NCBI GenBank assembly: GCA_963422615.1
Contig: OY730414.1
Coordinates: forward strand, 2,278,302-2,342,301
Source: Longimicrobiales bacterium
GTDB lineage: Bacteria; Gemmatimonadota; Gemmatimonadetes; Longimicrobiales; Gaopeijiaceae
Length of the DNA stretch: 64,000 nucleotides
Direction: 5' to 3'
The position numbers and the translations under genes were made by a program. Below are positions 20,306 through 29,111 of this stretch, piece after piece; position 1 is the stretch's first letter; every line of letters starts with the position of its first letter. The notes under the pieces are model-generated. The model was given only the letters and a program-made list of their open reading frames with translations. It was not told the DNA's origin and ran no database searches.

Positions 20306-21276
20306 GCGGCCCGCCTCCAGGCTCTCAGACGAGCAGAGCGAGCTCTGGGGTTGGCCTCGACTTCCGCGTCTCCCGGGGTGACGGGCTTCTTGGTCAGCAC
20401 CGACCCCAGGGGGGCTCTCCCGGAAGTCCGCACCGGAAGGCGGGGAAGCGGCTCCTGGGCCGGGACGCTCCATTCTCGGAAGGCTCGCTTCACCACGCGG
20501 TCTTCAATGGAATGGTAGGAGATGACCACGAAGGTTCCCTCGGGGCGCAGCGCGTCCCGGATGACCGGGAGGCCCTCTTCAATGGCCCCGATCTCGTCGT
20601 TGACGTGAACCCGAAGCGCCTGGAAGAGGCGGGCCTTTTCGGAATGCCCGGCCCGGCGGGCCAAGGCCGATTCCAGCGCCCCCACAAGATCGTCGCTGGT
20701 GCGAAGGGGCTTGAACGCGCGCCGCCTGACGATTCGTTGGGCCAGAGCGGCCGGGCGGGGGGCCTCTCCCGCCCGAAGGACCCGGGCCAATTCGGTCTTG
20801 GGGGCGGAAGCAAGGAACGCCGCGGCGGTCAGAGCGGAATCCGGGTCCATTCTCATGTCCAGGGGAGCGTTCCTGCGATACGTGAACCCTCGCCGGTCCT
20901 GGTCCAGCTGGCGGGAGCTGACACCTAGATCCAAGAGGGCCCCCGCGAGCGACCCCGCCCGAACCCGGGAATCTCTCCCCGCGTTGCGGAAGGACATGCG
21001 CGCGAAGCGGGCTCGGGCCGCGTGGGACGAAAGACGAGCCCGTGCCGCCTCAAGGGCCTCCGGATCCCGGTCCAGAGCCAGGAGACGGCACTGGGCACAC
21101 GTATCGAGGAGAGCAGCCGCGTGGCCGCCGCCGCCCACCGTGCCGTCCAGATAGAGGCCGCCGCCGCCCACCAAGTACCTCATGGCTTCCTCCACGAGAA
21201 CGGCACGGTGGTACACCGACCCCCCAGTCCGGGATGCCTCATCGTCAGCCGAAGATCTGATCGGCGAAGTTGTCAT
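20302..21276 (-). CDS. rsmH: 16S rRNA m4C1402 methyltransferase RsmH (MraW)
   Basis: DGTVGGGGH, DLGVSS, PLDMRM, FQALR, SYHSIEDR, NPRARSARLR. Confidence 0.98.
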   Translation of the reverse strand: MTTSPIRSSADDEASRTGGSVYHRAVLVEEAMRYLVGGGGLYLDGTVGGGGHAAALLDTCAQCRLLALDRDPEALEAARARLSSHAARARFARMSFRNAGRDSRVRAGSLAGALLDLGVSSRQLDQDRRGFTYRRNAPLDMRMDPDSALTAAAFLASAPKTELARVLRAGEAPRPAALAQRIVRRRAFKPLRTSDDLVGALESALARRAGHSEKARLFQALRVHVNDEIGAIEEGLPVIRDALRPEGTFVVISYHSIEDRVVKRAFREWSVPAQEPLPRLPVRTSGRAPLGSVLTKKPVTPGDAEVEANPRARSARLRAWRRAA

Positions 21277-21694
21277 CGTCTGCCCCGCTCGCTTTCATGT
21301 GTTCTTCGAAGCGGACGGGATTCCAGAGCTCGATCCGATCCAGGGCTCCGACGAACAGCACCGTCCGATTCAGGTCCGCCTTGTCACCGAGCCACGTCGG
21401 GATCCGGATTCGGCCGTGCTGGTCCGGATCCACTTTGATGGCGCTGGCCGTAATTCGTCTCAGGTAGGCCCCACCGTCCCTCCGAGCCCTTCGGTGTTCC
21501 AACAACCTCTCCTGGATCTTCTTCCAGGTTTCCCCCGGCAGGACGTCCAGATGGGTGTCCTGCCATTGGAGGAGCACCAGGGAGGCGCACGACCCGGCGG
21601 AGCTGGACCACACGGTACGGCGGAACGCCGATGGGAAGCTGACGCGCCCCTTGGCATCCATCTGACACTCGTGACGACCCAAAAACCCTGACAT
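21245..21694 (-). CDS. mraZ: Transcriptional regulator MraZ
   Basis: Two DxxGR repeats (DAKGR, DQHGR), DRIELW; head of the dcw cluster. Confidence 0.96.
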   Translation of the reverse strand: MSGFLGRHECQMDAKGRVSFPSAFRRTVWSSSAGSCASLVLLQWQDTHLDVLPGETWKKIQERLLEHRRARRDGGAYLRRITASAIKVDPDQHGRIRIPTWLGDKADLNRTVLFVGALDRIELWNPVRFEEHMKASGADDDNFADQIFG

Positions 21695-21729
21695 GCCATT
21701 TCATCCCATTTTTTCCCACGGGTTCCCAC
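21695..21729 (-). promoter_or_regulatory. MraZ-binding direct repeats
   Basis: Minus strand GTGGG-N5-GTGGG-N5-ATGGG-N5-ATGGC, exact 10-bp period, directly upstream of the mraZ ATG. Confidence 0.85.
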
Positions 21730-21756
21730 CATACCACACGCTCATGCCTCTCGCAA
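21728..21756 (-). promoter_or_regulatory. Sigma70-type promoter of the dcw operon
   Basis: TTGCGA-17 bp-TATGGT with extended -10 TG. Confidence 0.75.
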
Positions 21757-21859
21757 GCCATTTCTTCGGATCGATGCGGTCCGGAAGTTCACCATCGCGG
21801 GGCCCGAGAGCGGACAGCCGAGGGTGACAGAACCGGCGCCAAAGGGGCCGGGACGACAC

Positions 21860-21904
21860 AAAAAGAGGGCGCCGGCGGACTCAAAGGCCCGCCGGCGCCC
21901 TCTT
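21860..21904 (-). terminator. Intrinsic terminator after the TPR gene
   Basis: 16-bp inverted repeat aagagggcgccggcgg/ccgccggcgccctctt ending in a T run on the minus strand. Confidence 0.85.
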
Positions 21905-21949
21905 GGGGTGTTCCCCCGAGAAGCCGGGGTCAGTTCTCCCGCTGCCGGG

Positions 21950-23707
21950 TCAGTTCCCCCGCTGGATGATGGCTTCCTGAATCTCGATGTATTGCTGCGT
22001 GTTATCCCGGAAGCGCTGAAGCGGGATCGTCGGTTGAGTCTCCGCGTAGGCCACCACCCTGGGCATGGCAAAGAAACGGGCCGCTTGCTGGAACTTGGGC
22101 AGGGTCAGCTGGGCAGTCCGGAGGGTCTGGGGCTTTTCCTGTTCCAGGCCCTGGTTGTAGAGGACATAGCCGTGCCAGAAGTCCAGCTCCCCCGCCACCA
22201 TCTCCGACACTTCGGCCTGGAAGGTCTTGGCCATCTGGATCAGCTCCAAGGCATAACTCCAGTTCTTCTGGTCGGGAGCAATCCCCCGGCCGTGCCCCGT
22301 CGCGAAGAGCATACGGGCAATCACGTCCGCCGTCTGCTCCCCCTTTTCGACGGCTTCCTGCAAGAAGGGAAGCGCCTCCTCCTCCCGTCCTGCTTCAACC
22401 CGCCAGTTTCCCTGCCTCACCTTGACGTTCTGATAGCCCGGGTCCCGGCCTTCCAACTCGTCCAGGGCCATGATGGCCTCGTCCAGGCGGTCGCTCCTCT
22501 TGAGCACATCCGCATAGAGAGACCAAAGCTGGGGTTCGTCCGGGTGGGTCTCCAGGGCCCGCTGGGCCATGACAATCGCTTCCTCGATCTCCCCCAGTTC
22601 CACATAAGACGCAATCATGTTCCGAAGGTGGGCGGACTCCATCGTCTCACCGCGAACCTGGTAGACCTTGTCGTACGACTCCCGCGCCTTGCGGTAGAGG
22701 TTGGCAATCTCGGGGGAAAGCGTTCCGTCCGGTGCCGCCTCCTTCAAGTCCTGGCCGGCCCGATTCGCGAACGAAGCATGCTGTAACAACAGATCGACAT
22801 TGTCGGGCTCAATCGCCAAGCCTTCCTCAATAAGGAGCATCGCTCCTTCGGGGGCGCCCGCCGTGGCCAGCTCGTACGCGATGTTCATGCGAACCGCCGC
22901 GTTCCCCGGGTTCAGCTGGAGGTACTGCGTGTAGTAGTTCCGGGCCTCCTCGGGGTAGTCCAGAATGGCCGCCAGGTATCCGGCCAGCTGAAGTGCCTGA
23001 TCGTGAAGCGGATCCAGGGAGATGACCCGTTTTGCTTCCTCGTAGGCCTCTTCGTTGCGCTCCAACTCCCTCAGAAGCATGGCGTAGACATGCCGGACCT
23101 GAACATCGTCGGGGTTCATTTCCAGGGCCAAAGTGCAGTTCTCCTCGGCACCTGACCAGTCCTTGGAGTTGAAGTAATCGCCGCAGAACGTCGCCCTACG
23201 GAGTTGGTCGACATAGGTCTCGAAGGACTGAAAGATCTCCCGGGCAGCCACCTCGGCCTCCCGTTCTCCCCAAATTTTGTCGGCAATGTCGAAAGCGGGC
23301 CCGCCCGGAACGGCAAAGCTGATGCCCCGCAGGGCGAACGTCTTGTCGTCCCTGTTCTCGGTGTAGTCGCCACAAAAGACGACCCTGGCGTTGATCTGCC
23401 CGGCAAGCTGGAGAGACTTGATGCAGTCCAGGTCCTCCATGTCGAGGTCAAACTTCTTGACCGCGTCCTTGATCTCGTCCTCTTCCACCGGCTCGTGGGT
23501 GGGGAGTTCATTGATCAACTTCCGCAACTCCTTCGCCAGATCCTTACCGAAGTCGTCGTCGGTGTCTTCGCCGGGCATGAGGTTCGTCACCATCACCCGG
23601 AACCGTTCGGCTGCCTGAGCGTTCGCCTGTGCTGGCAGGATGGATCCCGGGAGCAAGGCGAGAACTCCCGCTCCGACGACTCCTGAACGTAGCCAACAAC
23701 TCCTCAT
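21950..23707 (-). CDS. Secreted tetratricopeptide repeat protein
   Basis: Signal peptide (AQANA), many TPR-like helical repeats (ALEMNPDD, LQLNPGN, AIEPDN), SD upstream. Confidence 0.85.
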   Translation of the reverse strand: MRSCWLRSGVVGAGVLALLPGSILPAQANAQAAERFRVMVTNLMPGEDTDDDFGKDLAKELRKLINELPTHEPVEEDEIKDAVKKFDLDMEDLDCIKSLQLAGQINARVVFCGDYTENRDDKTFALRGISFAVPGGPAFDIADKIWGEREAEVAAREIFQSFETYVDQLRRATFCGDYFNSKDWSGAEENCTLALEMNPDDVQVRHVYAMLLRELERNEEAYEEAKRVISLDPLHDQALQLAGYLAAILDYPEEARNYYTQYLQLNPGNAAVRMNIAYELATAGAPEGAMLLIEEGLAIEPDNVDLLLQHASFANRAGQDLKEAAPDGTLSPEIANLYRKARESYDKVYQVRGETMESAHLRNMIASYVELGEIEEAIVMAQRALETHPDEPQLWSLYADVLKRSDRLDEAIMALDELEGRDPGYQNVKVRQGNWRVEAGREEEALPFLQEAVEKGEQTADVIARMLFATGHGRGIAPDQKNWSYALELIQMAKTFQAEVSEMVAGELDFWHGYVLYNQGLEQEKPQTLRTAQLTLPKFQQAARFFAMPRVVAYAETQPTIPLQRFRDNTQQYIEIQEAIIQRGN

Positions 23708-23894
23708 TTCTTTCTTCTCCGTAATGCGGTGTCTGGAAGTATGTGGTGTCCGAAACTCTCCACGCTGTCGCTGTGCCGATCGCGGGTGCCCTACAAGCTC
23801 GTCCGGGCGGCGACCGAAAATCGCTCCCCAAAGGCCAACGTGCGCCGGACCTCAGGTACAGGACACATGGATCCTCCGGGTTAGAAGAACCGGT

Positions 23895-23924
23895 AACGTA
23901 AAAACTTTTTCAGTCCGGGGTCAA
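23895..23924 (-). promoter_or_regulatory. Candidate sigma70 promoter for the TPR gene
   Basis: TTGACC-18 bp-TACGTT in an AT-rich patch. Confidence 0.45.
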
Positions 23925-24350
23925 CAAACCCAATGACCCGATGAATCCGGGAGCCGCCCCAGGGGCGCCGGCCCAAGGCACGATATTCCGAAGCCGTGAT
24001 CACGTACCTGTTACTCCCTTGGTCGCGTCGCTTGGGGTCGCGTGCACCCGCCAACCGGACCGCTACCGAACATCAAGGGACCCGAAGGTGCCGATTCCCC
24101 ATCTGAAATGTTACCATGTTGGGTGGCTTCTCGGTTCCCCCGGCGCCGGGCGCGTCTCCGGTCCCGGGCGTGTCCATAAAGGTGAAGCCCGACCGTCCAC
24201 CCCGCTGACCGATGAACCCGCGATATGGAGGAGAACCGGCGGACCCCGCGCCCCGCAGCGATCACATCGTCACCCTCCACCCCCATAAAACCTGATACCA
24301 TACACCATCCATTTCGGAAAACATGCCGGACCCGGCATGGGGAGGCAATC

Positions 24351-24935
24351 TTGAAAAGGCTCACGAACTTCGCGTTTACCGTCTCGTCCGCCCTTGCCCT
24401 GGTGGTCTGCGCCGCCCGGCCTGTCGCTCTGGAGGGCCAGAACTGCTGGGTGCGGGGCTCGAACCCCGGGGACCGGCCCAGCCCCCTGGACTCCGCCGTA
24501 GTCGTCATGGGCGAAGACGTAGTCAAGGTCTGTTACGGCGCCCCTTCGGCCAGAGACCGGACCCTCGTCGGGGGCGAAATCCACCCCTTCGGTTCGAGGT
24601 GGCGGCTTGGCGCAAACGAAGCGACGGCCATCCACCTACCCTTCGCCGCCTCGGTGGCGGGCGTGGGCGTGGACGCCGGATCCTACTCTCTGTACGCGGT
24701 CCCCGGAGAAGCTTCGTGGGACATCTTCGTCAACGGGACGGCAGAGCGATGGGGGGTTCCCATCAATGAAGCCGTCACTGCCGAAGACTTGGGAGGCGGG
24801 ACCGTCTCCGTTTCCCAGAACGACCATGTGGAGACCCTGGACATGTCTTTCGAGAATGTTTCCGCAGACGCCGCCACCCTGGTGGTCCGATGGGAGGGAT
24901 ACCGGGTTGAGGTCCCGGTCGAACGACGAGACTGA
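24351..24935 (+). CDS. DUF2911 family secreted protein
   Basis: SP..VCYGAPSARDR, WRLGANEAT, GSYSLYAVP motifs; signal peptide; GGAGG SD before the TTG. Confidence 0.8.
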   Translation: MKRLTNFAFTVSSALALVVCAARPVALEGQNCWVRGSNPGDRPSPLDSAVVVMGEDVVKVCYGAPSARDRTLVGGEIHPFGSRWRLGANEATAIHLPFAASVAGVGVDAGSYSLYAVPGEASWDIFVNGTAERWGVPINEAVTAEDLGGGTVSVSQNDHVETLDMSFENVSADAATLVVRWEGYRVEVPVERRD

Positions 24936-25056
24936 CCACCGCAGTCCCAGAACTGCAGGGTACCCGGTGCGGGGGCGGCGACGGGAGCGTCGGCGTCCCC
25001 GCGGCCCGACACCCGAACAACAACTCGCGCAAGCTAGCTAGGAAAGGGCCACCGTC

Positions 25057-25341
25057 ATGAACGTCTTGCCCATAGACTTCGTCGCTCTCGTGTCGGTGAT
25101 CATGGGAATCTCGATCGTACTCATTCCCGTTGCGGGGCTGACCGCCCACTACGCCCTCAAACCGATCGTCGAGGCATTCGGCCGCTATCTGGAAGGAAAG
25201 GGGACGGAGGAATCGGTGAAACTCGTGGAACGCCGGCTCCACCTCCTGGAACAGCAGCTCGATGAGGTCCAGGGGTCCGTCAACCGCCTGGTGGAAGTGT
25301 CCGAATTCGACGCGCGTCTGGAGAGCGGGGAAGAGGGCTAG
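25057..25341 (+). CDS. Small membrane protein with C-terminal coiled coil (hypothetical)
   Basis: N-terminal hydrophobic helix, heptad-rich C-terminus, typical codon usage. Confidence 0.7.
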   Translation: MNVLPIDFVALVSVIMGISIVLIPVAGLTAHYALKPIVEAFGRYLEGKGTEESVKLVERRLHLLEQQLDEVQGSVNRLVEVSEFDARLESGEEG

Positions 25342-25390
25342 CTACCGGAGCGCGAAGCGCCTTCCGGTCCCGGACAAGGGCTCGCCGGGA

Positions 25391-26482
25391 TCAGAGAAGG
25401 GCCTCTTCGACAATGTCCGCAACCCGGGCAGCCAGGTCATCGGCGCCGGGTTCCAAGACGGGCACGGACCACGGGAGACTCGGGCAGTCGGTGACCACCG
25501 CCAGGGCGCCGGCTTGGGCCGCCTTCGCCGGATCCAGGACCGGTTCGGGCTGGGCGTGGGACCGGAAGATCTCCACCTTCGGGATGGGCGCTTCCCGGTA
25601 CCCCTCGACCACCACGATCTCCGCTTCGCCCAGGTGGCGAACCAGGAGGGCATCCAGCGTCGGCTCCCCCTCCAAACCCCATTCTCCCATCACGGCGAAT
25701 TCGTCCGGGCCTGCCAGGAGGACCCGCTCCGCGAGGCCTTCCCGCCGTTGCCGCCAGGAGTCGGTCCCCGGGGTGTCCAGCCGGAAGTGGTGACCGTGCT
25801 TCACCGACATCACCCTACGGCCCCGCCCGGCAAGCTCCCGGATCAGCGCCACCGCCAGGGTCGTCTTCCCCGACTTCTTGTTTCCGACAATGGACACGCC
25901 GGGCGGAGGAAGCTCCCGGGGCTCGTTCACGCTCCGAAAGGTCACAACCGGGAGGCCCGTGTCCACTACTGTCGGCCCTGAACGACGGGCAAAGGCCCCG
26001 ACCTCTCGCAACCCCCCCGCCAGGGCCGCTTCGAGACTTGGAAGGGCGTCCACCGGGTAGACGGCGCAGAGGGGATCAAAGCCCCAGGGAGGACCCGTCC
26101 GGGGAACGCAGGGCTTTCGCCCCCGGCGCCAGGCCTTCGCCAAGCCCCGGAGCGCCGTCTTCTCCACCCAGGGCATGTCCACGGCCAGCACCAAGGCGCC
26201 GTCCAGGCCGCTTTCCGACGCCAAAGCCAAGGCCGTGGCCACACCACCCAGGGGTCCCAGGCCCTTCTTCAGGTCGGGCCTGACCTCCAACCCTCCCTCG
26301 CCGGCGGACACTTCCCGGGCAACCCGAGCATCGTTGGCTACAACCGTCACCCGGGGGCAGACCGAGCGCAGACGGTCCGCGGCAAGCCGCCAGAGAGGGC
26401 GGCCGTGGAGGCGGGCCAGCGCCTTGGGGGATCCGAAACGGCGGCTGTCGCCTCCGGCGAGAACCACACCCAGAAGGCTCAT
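25391..26482 (-). CDS. mobAB: Fused molybdenum cofactor guanylyltransferase MobA / MobB
   Basis: N-terminal LAGGDSRRFG, GPLGG, AVDMP (MobA); C-terminal GNKKSGKTT, VKHGHH, VVEGY (MobB). Confidence 0.9.
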   Translation of the reverse strand: MSLLGVVLAGGDSRRFGSPKALARLHGRPLWRLAADRLRSVCPRVTVVANDARVAREVSAGEGGLEVRPDLKKGLGPLGGVATALALASESGLDGALVLAVDMPWVEKTALRGLAKAWRRGRKPCVPRTGPPWGFDPLCAVYPVDALPSLEAALAGGLREVGAFARRSGPTVVDTGLPVVTFRSVNEPRELPPPGVSIVGNKKSGKTTLAVALIRELAGRGRRVMSVKHGHHFRLDTPGTDSWRQRREGLAERVLLAGPDEFAVMGEWGLEGEPTLDALLVRHLGEAEIVVVEGYREAPIPKVEIFRSHAQPEPVLDPAKAAQAGALAVVTDCPSLPWSVPVLEPGADDLAARVADIVEEALL

Positions 26483-27348
26483 CCTCGGGCTCCGGCCGTT
26501 CGGGAGACGCGTTCCCGGCCGGCATACACGTTGTAGCCGTCCTGGTTGGCAAAGCCCACCAAACTCATGTTGAACCGTCGGCTGAAATCCACGGCCAAAC
26601 TGGACGGCGCTCCAACGGCAACGACGAAGGGGAAACCGGCCATGGCGGCCTTCTGGAGAATTTCGAACGAGGAACGACCCGAAACGACCAGACCGAAACG
26701 GGATCCGGGAAGCGCCCCCGATAGCGCCAGCGCCCCGATCACCTTATCCACGGCGTTGTGGCGGCCCACGTCCTCCCGAACGAGGGTGACCCGCCCCCTG
26801 GAATCGAACAACCCGGCTGCATGGATGCCACCCGTTCGGTCAAAGACACGCTGAGCCGCCCTCAGCCCCCCCGGCAACGCCCGGAGCGCGTTCTCACCAA
26901 TGGAGAAGGCGTCGCCCTCAACGGGAAGGCAACCCATGACTTCCACCGCTTCCAGGGAAGCTTTGCCGCAGACCCCGCAAGAGGACGTCACGTAGAAGTT
27001 GCGGGTAAGGCTCTTCGGGTCGAAGGCAGCCGGCTCCCGGAGAAAGGCGGTGACGACATTGAACTCCTGGGGATCCACCCGCCCGCAGTAGCGGACACTG
27101 GCGATGGCCGACGGGTCCCTGACCACCCCCTCGGTGAAGAGGAAGCCGGCGGCCAGCTCGAAGTCGTCCCCGGGGGTCCTCATGGTCACCGACACCGGAT
27201 GCTCCCGCGGGCCGTCCCTTCCGGCCACCTCGACGCGGACTTCCATGGGCTCCTCGACGGCCACGTGGTCGCTGCGCTCCCGGAATCGCTCTTCCCGCAT
27301 CCGCCCGACCCGGACACGTGCGGTTCGTCTTCCGGACACGATGGACAT
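26479..27348 (-). CDS. fdhD: Formate dehydrogenase accessory sulfurtransferase FdhD
   Basis: MRTPG..ELAAGFL, SSCGVCG, TGGIHAA, EDVGRHNAVDK. Confidence 0.96.
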   Translation of the reverse strand: MSIVSGRRTARVRVGRMREERFRERSDHVAVEEPMEVRVEVAGRDGPREHPVSVTMRTPGDDFELAAGFLFTEGVVRDPSAIASVRYCGRVDPQEFNVVTAFLREPAAFDPKSLTRNFYVTSSCGVCGKASLEAVEVMGCLPVEGDAFSIGENALRALPGGLRAAQRVFDRTGGIHAAGLFDSRGRVTLVREDVGRHNAVDKVIGALALSGALPGSRFGLVVSGRSSFEILQKAAMAGFPFVVAVGAPSSLAVDFSRRFNMSLVGFANQDGYNVYAGRERVSRTAGARG

Positions 27349-27430
27349 GCGATCTTCTCCTTTCAGAATTCCTTAAGGACTATTATGTATGCGGTCCGTG
27401 GAGAGAACCCCCTTCCGATCCCACCATGGA

Positions 27431-29107
27431 ATGCCCAAAGCGATCAACGACGAACTCGTGGCCTGCTGGAAACACCAGCCCGCGCCCCTCCTCCCCCTCC
27501 TCCACGCCTTCCACGAACGGGACGGTTACCTTTCGGAAGAGGCGCTGCGGGCGGTCTCCGCAGGCTTGCGAATCCCCATCGCCGACCTCTTCGGCACCGT
27601 CACCTTCTACCACCACTTCTCCCGGGAACAAGGGGGCCTAGATCGGCCCCGGGTTTGTACCGGCCCGATCTGTCGTCTGAACGGCGCCGACACCCTCATG
27701 GGAAAACTGGAAGCCGCCGGCCACCGGCCACACCCCATGCCTTGCCCTGGCCGCTGCGACCAGCCGGTGCCCCTCATTCACGGCAAGTCTGTCCTTACCG
27801 GTACCCCGACGGGTTCCCTGACCCACGAGCCCTCCCCCCTTCCGCCCCCACCACCGAACGGGGTCGAAGAGTGCGTCTTCGCGGGGATTCGCAGGGCTGG
27901 GCGAAGGACCTTGGACGGCTACCGGAGCCAGGGCGGCTACCAGGCGCTCGCGGAAGCGGTGCTGCAGATGACGGCGGACGAGGTCACCGGTGTCGTCGAT
28001 CGAAGCGGCCTGGCCGGTCGCGGCGGCGCGGGCTTCCCCACGGGCAGGAAGTGGAGGGCGGTCGCCGAGGCGTCCGGAACCCCCAAGACGGTTGTCTGCA
28101 ATGCGGACGAGGGGGAGCCGGGATGCTTCAAGGACCGGGTCCTCATGGACCACGATCCCCACGGGCTGATCGAGGGCATGGCGCTCGCCGCCTACGCCAC
28201 CGGGGCCGTCCAGGGGTTCGTCTACCTCCGCTACGAATACCCCGAGACCTGCGACGTGCTGGAAAGTGCGATCCACGAAGCGGAGGAGGCCGGCCTTCTG
28301 GGAGACCGGATTCTCGGCTCCGACTTTTCCTTCCACCTCTTGGTGCGCCGGGGCGCCGGGGCCTACATCTGCGGGGAGGAGACCTCCCTGCTAAACTCCC
28401 TGGAAGGCAAGCACCCCTTCCCCCGAAACCGCCCGCCCTTCCCCGTGACCCACGGCTACGAGAACCGGCCCACCGCCGTGAACAACGTGGAGACCCTGTC
28501 TTCCGTGGCTCCCATCGTGCGCCAAGGCGCCCGGTGGTACCGGGGACTCGGGCGGGGGAACCACGCCGGCACCAAGGTCATCAGCCTTTCCGGCGATGTG
28601 CAGCGTCCGGGGAACTACGAGGTCCCCCTGGGCTTTCCGCTCCTGGAGCTCCTGAACGACGCTGGCGGCGGACCCCACCCCGGGCGCACCTTTCAAGCGG
28701 TGACGATGGCGGGGCTGTCGGGGGGCTTTCTGGGCGGCAGGGACTTGGCGGTCTCCCTGGACGAACCCTCCCTGCGGGCCAAGGGCAGTTTTCTGGGAGC
28801 GGGCGGTGTGATGGTCTTCGACGATTCCCGGGATATCATCGCCGTGACCCGGGAAGCCATGGCGTTTTTCGCCGAGGAGTCTTGCGGGAAATGCTTTCCG
28901 TGCAGGATCGGTACGCATCGCCTGGTGGAACGTCTGGACGGCAAGGGACCCCGCAGCCTGGACGCATGGGTTGATGAAGTGTGCGACCTGAACGACACCA
29001 TGAAGCGCACGAGCGCGTGCGGCCTGGGCCAGGCGGCGCCACTTCTCACCGAAAGCCTGCTGAAGTATTTTCCGGACCAGGTCCGGGCACACGTGGAGAA
29101 AGGTTGA
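27431..29107 (+). CDS. Fused NuoE/NuoF-like (FdsG/FdsB-like) diaphorase subunit of NAD-dependent formate dehydrogenase
   Basis: [2Fe-2S] CxxxxC..CxxxC in the N-terminus; GRGGAGFPTG, NADEGEPG, GAYICGEET, ESCGKCFPCR..CGLG. Confidence 0.92.
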   Translation: MPKAINDELVACWKHQPAPLLPLLHAFHERDGYLSEEALRAVSAGLRIPIADLFGTVTFYHHFSREQGGLDRPRVCTGPICRLNGADTLMGKLEAAGHRPHPMPCPGRCDQPVPLIHGKSVLTGTPTGSLTHEPSPLPPPPPNGVEECVFAGIRRAGRRTLDGYRSQGGYQALAEAVLQMTADEVTGVVDRSGLAGRGGAGFPTGRKWRAVAEASGTPKTVVCNADEGEPGCFKDRVLMDHDPHGLIEGMALAAYATGAVQGFVYLRYEYPETCDVLESAIHEAEEAGLLGDRILGSDFSFHLLVRRGAGAYICGEETSLLNSLEGKHPFPRNRPPFPVTHGYENRPTAVNNVETLSSVAPIVRQGARWYRGLGRGNHAGTKVISLSGDVQRPGNYEVPLGFPLLELLNDAGGGPHPGRTFQAVTMAGLSGGFLGGRDLAVSLDEPSLRAKGSFLGAGGVMVFDDSRDIIAVTREAMAFFAEESCGKCFPCRIGTHRLVERLDGKGPRSLDAWVDEVCDLNDTMKRTSACGLGQAAPLLTESLLKYFPDQVRAHVEKG

Positions 29108-29111
29108 CACC

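Noticed and set aside
361..20381. Long plus-strand ORFs (e.g. 361-1680, 1434-3824, 6541-8121, 16657-18441)
   Set aside because: Antisense shadows of well-supported minus-strand genes, expected in GC-rich DNA; no recognisable motifs.
27370..27379. Palindrome TCCTTAAGGA in the fdhD/fdh divergent promoter (also at about 52782)
   Set aside because: Too short, matches no regulator site I can name, and the second copy is explained by a Shine-Dalgarno sequence.
27431..29107. Respiratory complex I nuoEF or an electron-bifurcating HydB
   Set aside because: No other nuo genes nearby, coupled to FDH alpha, and lacks the extra ferredoxin domains of bifurcating subunits.
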